Assembly (NCBI GenBank): GCA_046593355.1
Contig: JBKJNY010000062.1
Span: forward strand, 29,267-93,266
From: Pirellulaceae bacterium
GTDB lineage: Bacteria > Planctomycetota > Planctomycetia > Pirellulales > Pirellulaceae
Reading direction: 5' to 3'
DNA length: 64,000 nt
A program made the translations under genes and the position numbers. The notes under the pieces were generated by a model. The model did no database searches and was not told where the DNA came from. It worked only from the letters and a program-made list of their open reading frames with translations. Positions 26,491-37,700 of this stretch are shown piece after piece. Each line of letters starts with the position of its first letter. Position 1 is the first letter of the stretch.

Positions 26491-27237
26491 ATGAAGATTG
26501 TTACATACAACGGTGCCGGGAAACAGAATTGGCGGGCGGCACTAGACCTCGACCCCGACATTCTGCTCCTTCAAGAATCAGAAGCTCCACCGGACGAAGT
26601 CTCGACCCGAATCAAGCGACAACTCACAAGAAACAAATGGGGGAGCGCGGTCTACGTCAAACATGGAAGAATCTCGCAACTCGATATTCAGCACAATCAC
26701 GATTGGTTGACTGGTTGGTTGGTTGGGGTTGACATCGAGGGTGGCTTGAATCCGCTGGGCTCTGACCGAAGACTTCGGGTCTTCAGTCTCCATACTCCGC
26801 CCTCAACCGTCAGCGGCATTTCGTATCCAAAGACCGTAAAGCAAATGCTCGACGTAATCACTCAGAATTGCGGAGATATGGATTTGGTCATTGGCGGCGA
26901 CTTCAATCTTCTCAGCCTTGGGGAGCGGCACGCCTCCGAATTGAGGGACACTGAACAGTCCTGGACCGCGACGCGCCAGGAGAAAGAAATCCACACGCGG
27001 CTTGCCGACATGGGATTGATGAATTGCTGGCAAACGAAGAATGCGGGAATTCCCCTGGGCCGAACGCTGCGCTACCGCTCGAAAGAATCTGCTCCAGCCT
27101 ACCATTGCGATGGTCTATTCGTTCCAGAAACCTGGAAACACTCGCTCACCTCCGCGGAGATTCTGCAGAGCGACGAATGGATGGCCCGGAGCGACCACAA
27201 TCCGGTTGTCGCAACCTTTTCCCAGAGAACTGAGTAA
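26491..27237 (+). CDS. Endonuclease/exonuclease/phosphatase (EEP) family protein
   Basis: KIVTYN, LLLQESE, VIGGDFN and SDHNPVVATF catalytic blocks. AT-richer than the flanks. Start moved to ATG 26491, with GAGG upstream. Confidence 0.8.
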   Translation: MKIVTYNGAGKQNWRAALDLDPDILLLQESEAPPDEVSTRIKRQLTRNKWGSAVYVKHGRISQLDIQHNHDWLTGWLVGVDIEGGLNPLGSDRRLRVFSLHTPPSTVSGISYPKTVKQMLDVITQNCGDMDLVIGGDFNLLSLGERHASELRDTEQSWTATRQEKEIHTRLADMGLMNCWQTKNAGIPLGRTLRYRSKESAPAYHCDGLFVPETWKHSLTSAEILQSDEWMARSDHNPVVATFSQRTE

Positions 27238-27252
27238 TCTTCCTCTCAGACT

Positions 27253-27341
27253 CTTCCTCTGCGTTCTCCGCGCGTCTGCGTGATGCTCTTTCTCAGACGG
27301 GGGGAGGCATCACGCGGAGGCGCAGAGACCGCGGAGGGAAG
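27253..27341. repeat. Imperfect ~34-bp inverted repeat downstream of the EEP gene; possible terminator
   Basis: CTTCCTCTGCGTTCTCCGCGCGTCTGCGTGATGC pairs with GCATCACGCGGAGGCGCAGAGACCGCGGAGGGAAG with about 6 mismatches. No U-tract. Confidence 0.4.
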
Positions 27342-27480
27342 AATCCGATGCGGATTCAAAATCGTCGCGTGCCACTGCCGCGATTCGTCATCCGTATGCC
27401 TGGCGATTCAATGCCTGTCGGGAATTCGCCCCTTTGCTTATATTGTTGAATTCCCGATTCCTAGCTCTAACCGCAAAACC

Positions 27481-28500
27481 ATGGCCTCACAGTACTTCAT
27501 TTCGACCCTCGACGCCCTGCAAGCCGATGCAACTCACGCTTTCGGCTCCGCGCAGGATGCGGATGCGATGGAAGCGGCGCGGATTGAGTTTCTGGGGGCG
27601 AAGAGCGGGAGGGTCAAGGAAGCGCAGAAGGGGCTGGGTGCGGTTGCGAAGGAGGACAAGCCGGCGGCGGGGAAGAGGTTTAATGAGGTGAAGGTGGCGG
27701 TGGAGGCCGCTTTTGAGGCGGCTCAGGCTCGCGTTTCCGCATCACCGGTGAAGAAAGCCGGTGAGCCGCTGTTTGACCCGACGCTGCCGGGAAAAAAATT
27801 CCGCATCGGCAAGCTGCATCCGGTTTCGCAGACGATTGAAGAGCTCAAGGAGATCATGGGGCGGCTCGGGTTCACGGTGGCGGATGGGCCGGAGATTGAG
27901 GACGAGTATCACAACTTCGAGGCCCTCAACATCCCGCTGGAGCATCCGGCCCGGTCGGCGAGCGACAATTTTTATCTGGCAGTCGCCGGCAAAACGACAG
28001 GCGAGCCGTTGCTCCTCCGCAGCCAGACCAGCACGGTGCAAATCCGCGTGATGGAGAAGACCAGGCCGCCGATTCGCATCATCTCGCTCGGCCGCGTCTA
28101 TCGCCCGGATGAGGCGGACATGACGCACTATCCGATGTTCCACCAGATGGAAGGGCTGATGATTGACCGCCACGTGACGATGGCCCACCTGAAAAGCGTG
28201 CTGCGGATGTTCGCCACCAGCTACCTCGGCCAGGACGTGCATATCCGCTTCCGCCCCTCGTTTTTCCCCTTCACGGAACCGAGCGTGGAAGCCGACATGC
28301 GATGGGGGGAACGCTGGATGGAGTTCGGCGGCGCCGGCATGGTGGACCCCAACGTCCTGCGGGCTGTCGGCTACGACCCCGAAGAATTCAGCGGCTTCGC
28401 CTTCGGCCTCGGCGTCGAGCGGCTCTGCATGAGAAGGCACGATCTCAAGGATATTCGGGATTTGTATACGAATGATGTCAGGTTTTTGCAGCAGTTTTAG
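27481..28500 (+). CDS. pheS: Phenylalanine--tRNA ligase alpha subunit
   Basis: Class II motifs ([32 protein letters not shown]). Start at ATG 27481 gives the normal ~340 aa. The track's 5' extension is not credible. Confidence 0.95.
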   Translation: MASQYFISTLDALQADATHAFGSAQDADAMEAARIEFLGAKSGRVKEAQKGLGAVAKEDKPAAGKRFNEVKVAVEAAFEAAQARVSASPVKKAGEPLFDPTLPGKKFRIGKLHPVSQTIEELKEIMGRLGFTVADGPEIEDEYHNFEALNIPLEHPARSASDNFYLAVAGKTTGEPLLLRSQTSTVQIRVMEKTRPPIRIISLGRVYRPDEADMTHYPMFHQMEGLMIDRHVTMAHLKSVLRMFATSYLGQDVHIRFRPSFFPFTEPSVEADMRWGERWMEFGGAGMVDPNVLRAVGYDPEEFSGFAFGLGVERLCMRRHDLKDIRDLYTNDVRFLQQF

Positions 28501-28508
28501 GTGTTGGT

Positions 28509-28650
28509 GTAGGGTGCATGAGCGCAGCGAAATGCACGCGTCACCTCGCTCGTTCTGTCTTAATCTTAATCTTAATCGTAATCCTAATCTTAATCCTCTT
28601 CTCTCCTCCATCTCTTACGCGTGCATGGCGCTGGCGCTTATGCACCCTAC
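28509..28650. repeat. Palindromic repeat family A, copy 2, with internal hexamer array
   Basis: GTAGGGTGCATGAGCGCAGCGAAATGCACGCG ... CGCGTGCATGGCGCTGGCGCTTATGCACCCTAC. Six CTTAAT-like hexamers lie at 28559-28594. The element fills the pheS-pheT spacer. Confidence 0.85.
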
Positions 28651-28662
28651 TTCTGAATCCCC

Positions 28663-30690
28663 ATGCTCGTCTCCTGGAACTGGCTGAAAGAATACGTCGA
28701 TCTCGCCGGCCTCAAGCCCGAGGAAGTGGCCAATCGCCTGATGCTGGCCGGTCTCAACCTGGAGTCCATCCAAGACGCCGGCAGCGATGCTTGCATCGAC
28801 CTGGAAATCACCAGCAACCGCCCCGACTGTCTGGGACACATCGGCGTAGCGAGAGAAATCGCCGTTTTACACGACAAACAACTCAAACTTCCCCCCGCTC
28901 TTCCCCAGTCCCCAGCCCCCAGTCAACCGCCCCCCTTCCCCGTCCGCATCGACTCCCCCGACCTCTGCCCCCGCTACACCGCCCGCGTCATCCGCGGCAT
29001 CAAGGTCAAATCCAGCCCCGCCTGGATGGTGCAGCGGCTCGCGGCGATTGGGCAGCCGGCGATCAACAACATTGTGGACATCACGAACTACGTCCTGATG
29101 GAATGCGGTCAGCCGCTCCATGCGTTTGACCTGGCGAAGCTGATGGGGCAGCAAATCGTCGTCCGCCGAGCGAAGAAGAACGAGCCGTTCACCGCGATTG
29201 ATCATAAGACGTACGGGCTGGACGAGAACATGTGCGTGATTGCCGATGCCCAGCGGCCGGTGGCGCTCGGCGGGGTGATGGGGGGCGCGGAGACGGAGAT
29301 TACCCCCGCCACGGCGGACGTGCTGATTGAGTCGGCTCAGTTCGCGCCCCTTTCCATCCGCACTACGTCGCGGGCATTAAAGCTTACAAGCGATTCTGCC
29401 TACCGCTTTGAACGTGGCACCGACCCGGAAGGAGTCGATTGGGCCAGTCGCCGCTGCTGCCAGCTCATTTTGGAACTGGCGGGCGGGACGCTTGTCGAAG
29501 GAGTGACCGACGTCGGCGAGAAACGGAAGCCGCGAGAGCCGGTGGTGCTGCGGTTGGCACAGGTGGAGCGGATTCTGGGAATCAAGATTTCCGCCGATAG
29601 AGTGCGGCAGATTCTGACGGCGCTCGGTTGCCGGGAAACGGCGGCTGATGTAGCGAAAATCACAACGATTCCGCCGTCTTGGCGGCGGGATTTGACGCGG
29701 GAAATTGACCTGATTGAAGAAGCGGCCCGCATCCACGGCTACGACGCCATTCCGGAAGATGCCGCCGTGCCGATGGCTGCCTCGCATCGCACGGACGCCG
29801 ACCGTGTGCTGGCCCGTGTTCGTCAGGTGCTAACCGCGGCCGGCTTTGATGAGGCGATGACCCGCAGCGTGGTGAGCGAAGAATGGTCCGCCGCCTTCTG
29901 CCCCTGGTCCGACGCCCCGCCGCTCGTGGCCAATACGCCGATGGTCAAAGGGGAAGACCGCCTCCGCCGCAGCCTGGTCCCCAGCCTGCTCGGCGCTCGG
30001 CGGCATAATGAATCCGTTGGCAATGCGTCGGCGGAGCTGTTTGAAACGGCCCGCATTTATCTGCCGCAGGGCGCAGGACTTCCGCATGAGCCGTGGACGA
30101 TGACCGCTGTCAGTGGTGAAGGGTTCTTGCACCTCAAAGGGGTTGTCGAGACGCTGCTGTCTGCCCTCAATCCCAAGCTGCGGATTGAGGTGCAGGATTA
30201 CCGGCCAGCTAACGCTGGCCGCTCGCCGGTGATTGAAATCTCCGAATTGCAATTAGCCGGGACACGCCTAGGTTTCCTCGGGACGGTGACTACTGCCGGG
30301 CTCAAGCAGTTCGGCTTGCGCAAGGAAACGGCCATCCTGGAAATCGACCTCGGCTCACTCGTGCCCCAGGCGGTGCTGATTCCCAAGTTCGCCCCCGTCA
30401 GCGCCTTCCCCGCCATCAGCCGCGACTTGAACCTCATCGTCGACGAGCCGCTCCGCTGGTCGGATCTCGAAACGGTTGTCCGGGCGAGCGTGGGAGATTT
30501 CCTCGACGCCGCCGAATATCTCGATACCTATCGCGACACGGCCAAAGACGGTCCCGGCAAAAAGCGGCTGCTCTTCTCCCTCACCCTCCGCGCCCAAAGC
30601 CGCACCCTGACCAGCGAAGAAGCCGACCAGGCCCGCGACTCCGTCGTCGCGGCTTGCGCAGCGAAGTTTGGGGCGAAATTGCTGGGGTAG
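28663..30690 (+). CDS. pheT: Phenylalanine--tRNA ligase beta subunit (short form, 675 aa)
   Basis: MLVSWNWLKEYV start, EITSNRPDCLGHIGVAREIA, B3/4 and B5 regions, and a C-terminal anticodon-binding-like domain. The N-terminal EMAP-type tRNA-binding domain appears to be absent. Confidence 0.95.
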   Translation: MLVSWNWLKEYVDLAGLKPEEVANRLMLAGLNLESIQDAGSDACIDLEITSNRPDCLGHIGVAREIAVLHDKQLKLPPALPQSPAPSQPPPFPVRIDSPDLCPRYTARVIRGIKVKSSPAWMVQRLAAIGQPAINNIVDITNYVLMECGQPLHAFDLAKLMGQQIVVRRAKKNEPFTAIDHKTYGLDENMCVIADAQRPVALGGVMGGAETEITPATADVLIESAQFAPLSIRTTSRALKLTSDSAYRFERGTDPEGVDWASRRCCQLILELAGGTLVEGVTDVGEKRKPREPVVLRLAQVERILGIKISADRVRQILTALGCRETAADVAKITTIPPSWRRDLTREIDLIEEAARIHGYDAIPEDAAVPMAASHRTDADRVLARVRQVLTAAGFDEAMTRSVVSEEWSAAFCPWSDAPPLVANTPMVKGEDRLRRSLVPSLLGARRHNESVGNASAELFETARIYLPQGAGLPHEPWTMTAVSGEGFLHLKGVVETLLSALNPKLRIEVQDYRPANAGRSPVIEISELQLAGTRLGFLGTVTTAGLKQFGLRKETAILEIDLGSLVPQAVLIPKFAPVSAFPAISRDLNLIVDEPLRWSDLETVVRASVGDFLDAAEYLDTYRDTAKDGPGKKRLLFSLTLRAQSRTLTSEEADQARDSVVAACAAKFGAKLLG

Positions 30691-30706
30691 ATACCAGCGG
30701 TAGATA

Positions 30707-30780
30707 CCAGCCTGAAGCGCAAGCGAAGGACAGCGTCTTTTCCTGTGGCGACGGTTTCCTTCGCTTGCGCTTCAGGCTGG
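30707..30780. terminator. 24-bp perfect inverted repeat (26-nt loop) between convergent pheT and the propeller gene
   Basis: CCAGCCTGAAGCGCAAGCGAAGGA (30707-30730) is the exact reverse complement of 30757-30780. No U-tract, so its function as a terminator is inferred from position only. Confidence 0.5.
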
Positions 30781-30809
30781 TGTCGAAGACCACGGCTCCG
30801 ACCCGTGAG

Positions 30810-32096
30810 CTATTTCTTCCCGCCGATCGAATACAGGTGCGACAAGGTCCGCACGTACATCTTGCCTCCGGCGATGGCGGGGACGGTGCGGCTGTCTTCC
30901 TTGAGGTCGTACATGCCGAGGCGTTGGAATTTTTCGCTGGCGGAGAGGCAATAGACCTTGCCGTCGTCTTCCACGCAAAACAGCTTGTCGCCAACTCGGA
31001 CCGGCGAGCCGTAGCATTTGCTGCCGACCCGTTCGCTCCAGAGTTCGTCGCCGGTGTCGGCCTTCACACAGGTTACGAAACCCGAATCCGACCAGAGGAA
31101 GAGGATGTTTCCCTTAGCGACCGGCGTGGGAATATAGGGGGCCTTCACCTTGGCAATCTCGTAGACGATTTCCGGTTTTGGTCCGGGTCTGAGGGCAACG
31201 ACCGCGTTGCCGCCGCCGCCGCCTTGGCCGGTGGTGCCGATCACCAAACCGCCGGCCAGGATCGGCGAGCTGACGGTGCGGAGCTTGAAGACCTGCTCGG
31301 ACCAGTTTTCCTTGCCGGTCTTGGGGTCGAGGCTGAAAATGCCTTCCGCCGTGCTGCAGCAAATCAGCTCAGACTTGCCGTCCGCGTTTTTGTAAATGCA
31401 GGGAACGGAGAAAGAAGCCGTGTCGATTTTTCGGGGGGTCTTCCAGCGGATTTGGCCGTTCTCTTTGTCCACGGCGACGACGTAGCTGTCCTTGGGCCGC
31501 GGCGAATCGGCATTTTTTCCAGCGGGTTCCTGCGAGCCGGTGATGACCACCAGGTCGTCGATCAGCATGGGGGACGTGCCGAAGCCATGCATGCTCATCC
31601 AGGGTCCGAAGTCCTGCGTCCAGAGGTCGTTGCCCGAATGGTCCATCGCCATCAGTAGCGTGTGCTCGGGGTCGGACCAGGCGAAGTAAATCCGCTTCTC
31701 ATCCACCGCCGGCGTGCAGGAGGCATAGCTGCTGAGGTTGTGCAGTTTATGGGGGACGCCTTGGAATTCCCGCTTCCAGATGATCTGGCCGTCGTTGGCA
31801 TTGACGCAGAGCACGTACCGCATGGCGGGACGAGCCCCTTTGTCCGGCTCCGCGCTGAGCAGAAAAATTTTGTCCCCCCAAACGACCGGCGAGGAATGGC
31901 CGATGCCCGGCAGGCTGGTCTTCCAGTTGATGTCCTTCTCGGTCCACTGGGCCGGAATCGTCGTCGCCTCGCTCTCTCCGCTGCCGTTGGGGCCGCGGAA
32001 ACGGGTCCATTCCTGGGCGGAGGCGGCGTGGCAAGAGACAATCAGCAAACCGGCGAGTGAGAGAGACGGGAGCAGACGCATGACGGTCTTCCTCAT
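30810..32096 (-). CDS. PQQ-like (BamB-type) beta-propeller repeat protein, secreted; paralog of 4331-5662
   Basis: Signal peptide followed by QEWTRFRGPNGSG. Same blade pattern as the first paralog. Confidence 0.85.
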   Translation of the reverse strand: MRKTVMRLLPSLSLAGLLIVSCHAASAQEWTRFRGPNGSGESEATTIPAQWTEKDINWKTSLPGIGHSSPVVWGDKIFLLSAEPDKGARPAMRYVLCVNANDGQIIWKREFQGVPHKLHNLSSYASCTPAVDEKRIYFAWSDPEHTLLMAMDHSGNDLWTQDFGPWMSMHGFGTSPMLIDDLVVITGSQEPAGKNADSPRPKDSYVVAVDKENGQIRWKTPRKIDTASFSVPCIYKNADGKSELICCSTAEGIFSLDPKTGKENWSEQVFKLRTVSSPILAGGLVIGTTGQGGGGGNAVVALRPGPKPEIVYEIAKVKAPYIPTPVAKGNILFLWSDSGFVTCVKADTGDELWSERVGSKCYGSPVRVGDKLFCVEDDGKVYCLSASEKFQRLGMYDLKEDSRTVPAIAGGKMYVRTLSHLYSIGGKK

Positions 32097-32176
32097 GGGC
32101 GGGGGAGGAGTGGCGGGCAGGTGAATTCAATGTTCCGATATTAGCCGACGGGGGGCGGAATCGCAATCTTGCGGCA

Positions 32177-32614
32177 TCACTCGCTGTAGATAGGGGTCAA
32201 TCCGAATAGACCCAGGTAGTGCCGTTCCGCCCCTCGCATTTTCTGCTTGCGGGCCGGTTCCAGGTCGTCGTGCCCCACCAGGTGCAGTGAGCCGTGGATG
32301 ACGTAGAGCAGGATTTCGTCTTCCGCGGTCCAATTATAAATCTCCGCTTCTATCAAAGCGTAGTCGCTGCTGGCGATGATTTCGCCGTCCAGCCGGCCCT
32401 CCTCTTCGTCGAGCACGAAGCTGAGGACGTCGGTGGGATAGTCGTGGTTCAGGTACTTGCGGTTGAGGGCGAGCATCTCGGCACCGCCGACTATCGCGAT
32501 GCTGATTTCGCCGTTTTCATAACCAGCGTCTTTAAGGACCGCGCGGACCGCTTTTTTCAGCCGGCCTTCATCCAGCGGAAAATCATGCTCGTTGGAGATG
32601 TCAATGCGAAGCAT
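32177..32614 (-). CDS. ybeY: rRNA maturation endoribonuclease YbeY
   Basis: HGSLHLVGHDD zinc-binding motif in 145 aa. Confidence 0.9.
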   Translation of the reverse strand: MLRIDISNEHDFPLDEGRLKKAVRAVLKDAGYENGEISIAIVGGAEMLALNRKYLNHDYPTDVLSFVLDEEEGRLDGEIIASSDYALIEAEIYNWTAEDEILLYVIHGSLHLVGHDDLEPARKQKMRGAERHYLGLFGLTPIYSE

Positions 32615-32615
32615 G

Positions 32616-34052
<1,437 letters not shown>

Positions 34053-34055
34053 TCG

Positions 34056-34727
34056 TTATCGCCACAGGAGCTGATAGTCGTAACGGCCATACTCGTCCGG
34101 CATTCGCTGCAAGAAAAACGACCGCTGAAAGCTCGGAGAAAATCGATAGCCATCAGCGTCCGCTGGCACTGGCACATACGCCTTTTCGCCCCGCACCAAC
34201 AACCGAAAGTCAACACCGTCGTCCTGCGGCGCAATCAACCAGTACTCAGAAATTCCCCCTTCGTAGTACGCGAGTGGAAGCAGTACCGTGTCCTTGCGAA
34301 CGGAGTGTTTGCTGACGACTTCTAGAACTAGGTCGGGAGTTCCTTCCATTTCCAGCACACGGCCACTATCATCGTCCGATTCTACATAGCGGACCTTTCC
34401 CGCTCGAATGGTTTCGTGCCTGGCGAACACCAGATCGGGCTCGCTGATGATGACCCCCTCCTCGTTTACTAGTCGAACCCCGTCGGTTAGCACCTTCCCC
34501 AGTTTTTCGACGCGAATCAGAATCATCAAATCGACGAGAATGGCCGCCTTGATGGGATTGTGGTCCCGGAGCTCGTCCGCGTTCATGTCCACCTCGATTT
34601 CGCCGCGAATGTAGCAGACTCGTCCGTGCTTGGGATAGTCCGGCGAGTTTGCCCAGCGCCGAAAGCCAGCGAAAGAAAAAGCGCTTGCCGGAATGTGAAT
34701 CGGCGGTGATTCATGAACGATTGACAT
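34056..34727 (-). CDS. Uma2-family (DUF820) putative endonuclease
   Basis: PDLVLEVVSKHSVRKD...Y...GISEYWLI matches the PD-(D/E)xK Uma2 pattern. I prefer ATG 34727, which has a GAGGGG RBS. Confidence 0.75.
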   Translation of the reverse strand: MSIVHESPPIHIPASAFSFAGFRRWANSPDYPKHGRVCYIRGEIEVDMNADELRDHNPIKAAILVDLMILIRVEKLGKVLTDGVRLVNEEGVIISEPDLVFARHETIRAGKVRYVESDDDSGRVLEMEGTPDLVLEVVSKHSVRKDTVLLPLAYYEGGISEYWLIAPQDDGVDFRLLVRGEKAYVPVPADADGYRFSPSFQRSFFLQRMPDEYGRYDYQLLWR

Positions 34728-34780
34728 ACCACCCCTCAGCAACTCGTTTCGCGGAAATCAGCCACTTCCATTCTACCCTC

Positions 34781-37700
34781 TCACTCCACATACACAAACT
34801 CGTTGGCCGCTAGCACGGCCCGGCACAACACCTGCCAGGCTTGGGAACGGGCAACGACAGGCGAACTACCCGCCATCGCGGACGCGGAAGTATAACGCTC
34901 CAAGAACGCGAGGCTGCGGCTGATTTCGGTGTCGGTGGGCGGGCGGGAATAGGCCCGCTCGTAGAGCAGGCGGATGCGGGCGGCTTCGTCGAGAGTGGTT
35001 TGTGCGAGTAATTCGGAGAGCGCGCGGCTTTGGGCGGAGGCAATCTGGCTGTTCATCATGAAGAGGGCCTGCGGGGCGACGGTGGTGCTGTCCCGTTTGC
35101 CGCTGGCGACACTGGGGTCGGCGAAATCGAAAACCTGGAAAACATCGTAGAGCGCGCTGCGAACCACCGGCAGATAGACGCTGCGGCGATTGCCGGTGTA
35201 GACGACCGGGTCCACATTGGCCGTGCTGGTCACGTACTTGCGATTCTCGATGCCGAGCTGCGTGCCCCCCATGCGGCAGTCGAGCGAGTCCGACACTGCC
35301 AGCAGCGCATCGCGGATTTCTTCCGCTTCCAACCGGCGGCGAGGGAAGTGGGAGAGCAAGCGATTTTCCGCGTCGATGGAGTCGTTCAATTCCGGCCTTC
35401 CACGCATCTGATACGCTCCGCTCAGCATCATTCGCCGATGCATCTTCTTGATGCTCCAACCGTCGTCCACGAACCGCCTGGCCAGATAATTCAGCAGCTC
35501 CGGATGCGTCGGCTTGTCGCCAAGCAGGCCGAAGTTGTCGCTCGAGCGGACCAGCCCTTCGCCAAAATGCCACTGCCAGAGGCGGTTGACCATCACTCGC
35601 GAAGTAAGCGGATTCTCCGCTCGCGTCATCCACTGGGCGAGGTCCAATCGCCCGCTTCGTTCTCCGGTAAAGGGCGATTGCGATTCTCCCGCCAGGATTC
35701 GCGGGAACTGCCGCGGCGTTTCTTTCCCCAGCGTCAAATGGCTGCCGCGAATGTGGACCCGCAGGTTTTCCGGCTTGGCATCCGATACTGCCATTGCCTC
35801 GGGCAGCTTGGGGAGTGAGGCATCCAGCGTGGCCAGTTCTTCACGTTGCTTTTTGAGCGAATCACGGAGCTCCGCCGTGAAAGAGTTTTCGATTCCCTTC
35901 GGCGGAGCAAACGGCCCTTCCTTGCCATATAGCATCTGGCGGAGCTTTTCCGGCATTTCATCGGGCAACTTCGTCGCGTCCTTTCCTTCCGGCGAAGCCT
36001 TCAATTTCTGCCAGGCTTCCTCCACGCTCACGAATGCCTTGCCGTAAGCTGCGGCGACTTCGTTCGCGCTCTTCGGCAATGGCTCGCCCAGAAAATTGCC
36101 CGTAGCTTCTTTGCCGGCAATGACCGCATGCCAGGGTGCAAGAACGCTTTCCGGCTCGGACTTCGTCTTTTCGAGATACTTCACCCACTGCTCGACGAGC
36201 TCCACATTCAGCGGCTGATTTTCGTTCTTCACCGCTACGACAGTTGGGCGCGGGTCTCCCGACCCCGCCCTCATCGTCGGCGCGATGAGCAGCTTGTCCA
36301 GATGCGGAAACGCATCAGCCCTTTCAACTCGAATGGTACTCGGCCCGGCCTTGAGCTCCACAAATCCTTCAATAAACCACGTCTGCGTATCGGGGTTCCA
36401 ACTCCCGGTCACCTGGCCCGCCGCTCCGTCGATGGCCAACATCCCGTTGACCAGAACCTTGCACGGCCGCGAGCCGGCGGCGGCATAACGCAGTTCCAGT
36501 TGATAGGTTCCCGCTGTCTCGACCGTCACATCGTATTCGGCGAAGTTCGGCAACTGACCCTGATTGACCAACACGCCGATGCCTTCGCCATAGCCGGTTG
36601 TGTGCTTCGCCACATTCCCGCGTGCGAAGTTCTCCATCTCAATCAGTTGCCAACCGGCGATTTTCTTGCGCTCCTCCTCCGGCAATCCTCCCAGCGGCTT
36701 GGCCTTCGCCAAGACCTCGCTCAGTTGCGACTTCCGCCACGCGGCCAGCAGATACTCTCCCGCCCGCTTTCGTTCGGCGTTCAGAATCTCTTCCGTCGCT
36801 CCATTTACAATACTGGCGATTTCCGTCCGAACTACGTCCATCTTCTTGCGATGCTCGTCGCGCCCGGCAATCGCGGCGCTATCCGCCAGCGGCCGCTCCT
36901 GCCAGACGGCGACGACGGAATGGTTTTCCATCGTCTTGGTGCTTTTGAAGATTCCCGCCAGCGAGTAATAGTCGCGCGTCGGCAGCGGGTCGAACTTGTG
37001 GTCATGGCAGCGGGCACAGCCGAGCGTCATGCCCAGAAACACCTTGCCGAGCGTATCCACCTGCTCGTCGATGATGTCCAGCTGCATCTTCACCGGGTCA
37101 TCCTCGGCCAGCATCTTGGCCCCAATGCAGAGAAACCCCGTTGCCGCCGTCCCTTCAATCCGCTCCTCCTCGGTCCCCGGCAGCAAATCGCCGGCAAGTT
37201 GCTCCTGCACCAGGCGGTCGTACGGTTTGTCCTTGTTGAAGGCGGCGATTACCCAGTCGCGATAGCGGAAGGCATTGGCGTAAGCCAGATTCTCATCCAG
37301 CCCGTTGCTGTCCGCGTAGCGGGCCAGATCGAGCCAGTGCCGGCCATACTTTTCGCCATAGCGAGGCGAGGCCAGGAGGCGGTCGACAACACGGGCGAAG
37401 GCGTCCGGCGATTCATCCGCCAGAAACGCCCGCAGTTCTTCCGGCGTGGGAGGAAGCCCGGTCAAGTCAAACATTGTCCGACGAAGCAGACCCCGCTTAT
37501 CCGCCGGCACCGCGGGCTTCAGGTTTGCTTGCTCCAATCGCGCCACCAGGAATCGGTCGACAGGCGACTGGCACCAGGAACTATCGCGAACCTCGGGAAC
37601 GATATGGTCGCGAACCGGTTGAAATGCCCAGTGACTTTTTTGCGCCTCTGAAAAAACCATTTCTTTGCTATTTGCGCCAACTACCGCTGGGGGTTTCGCG

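Noticed and set aside
27280-27480. 67-codon N-terminal extension of pheS, and a T-box or leader-peptide attenuator in the same region
   Set aside because: The extension is Arg/Gly/Cys-rich, is encoded partly by the imperfect inverted repeat at 27253-27341, and is absent from normal PheS. ATG 27481 gives the canonical N-terminus. I saw no T-box specifier/antiterminator consensus and no Phe-rich leader ORF.
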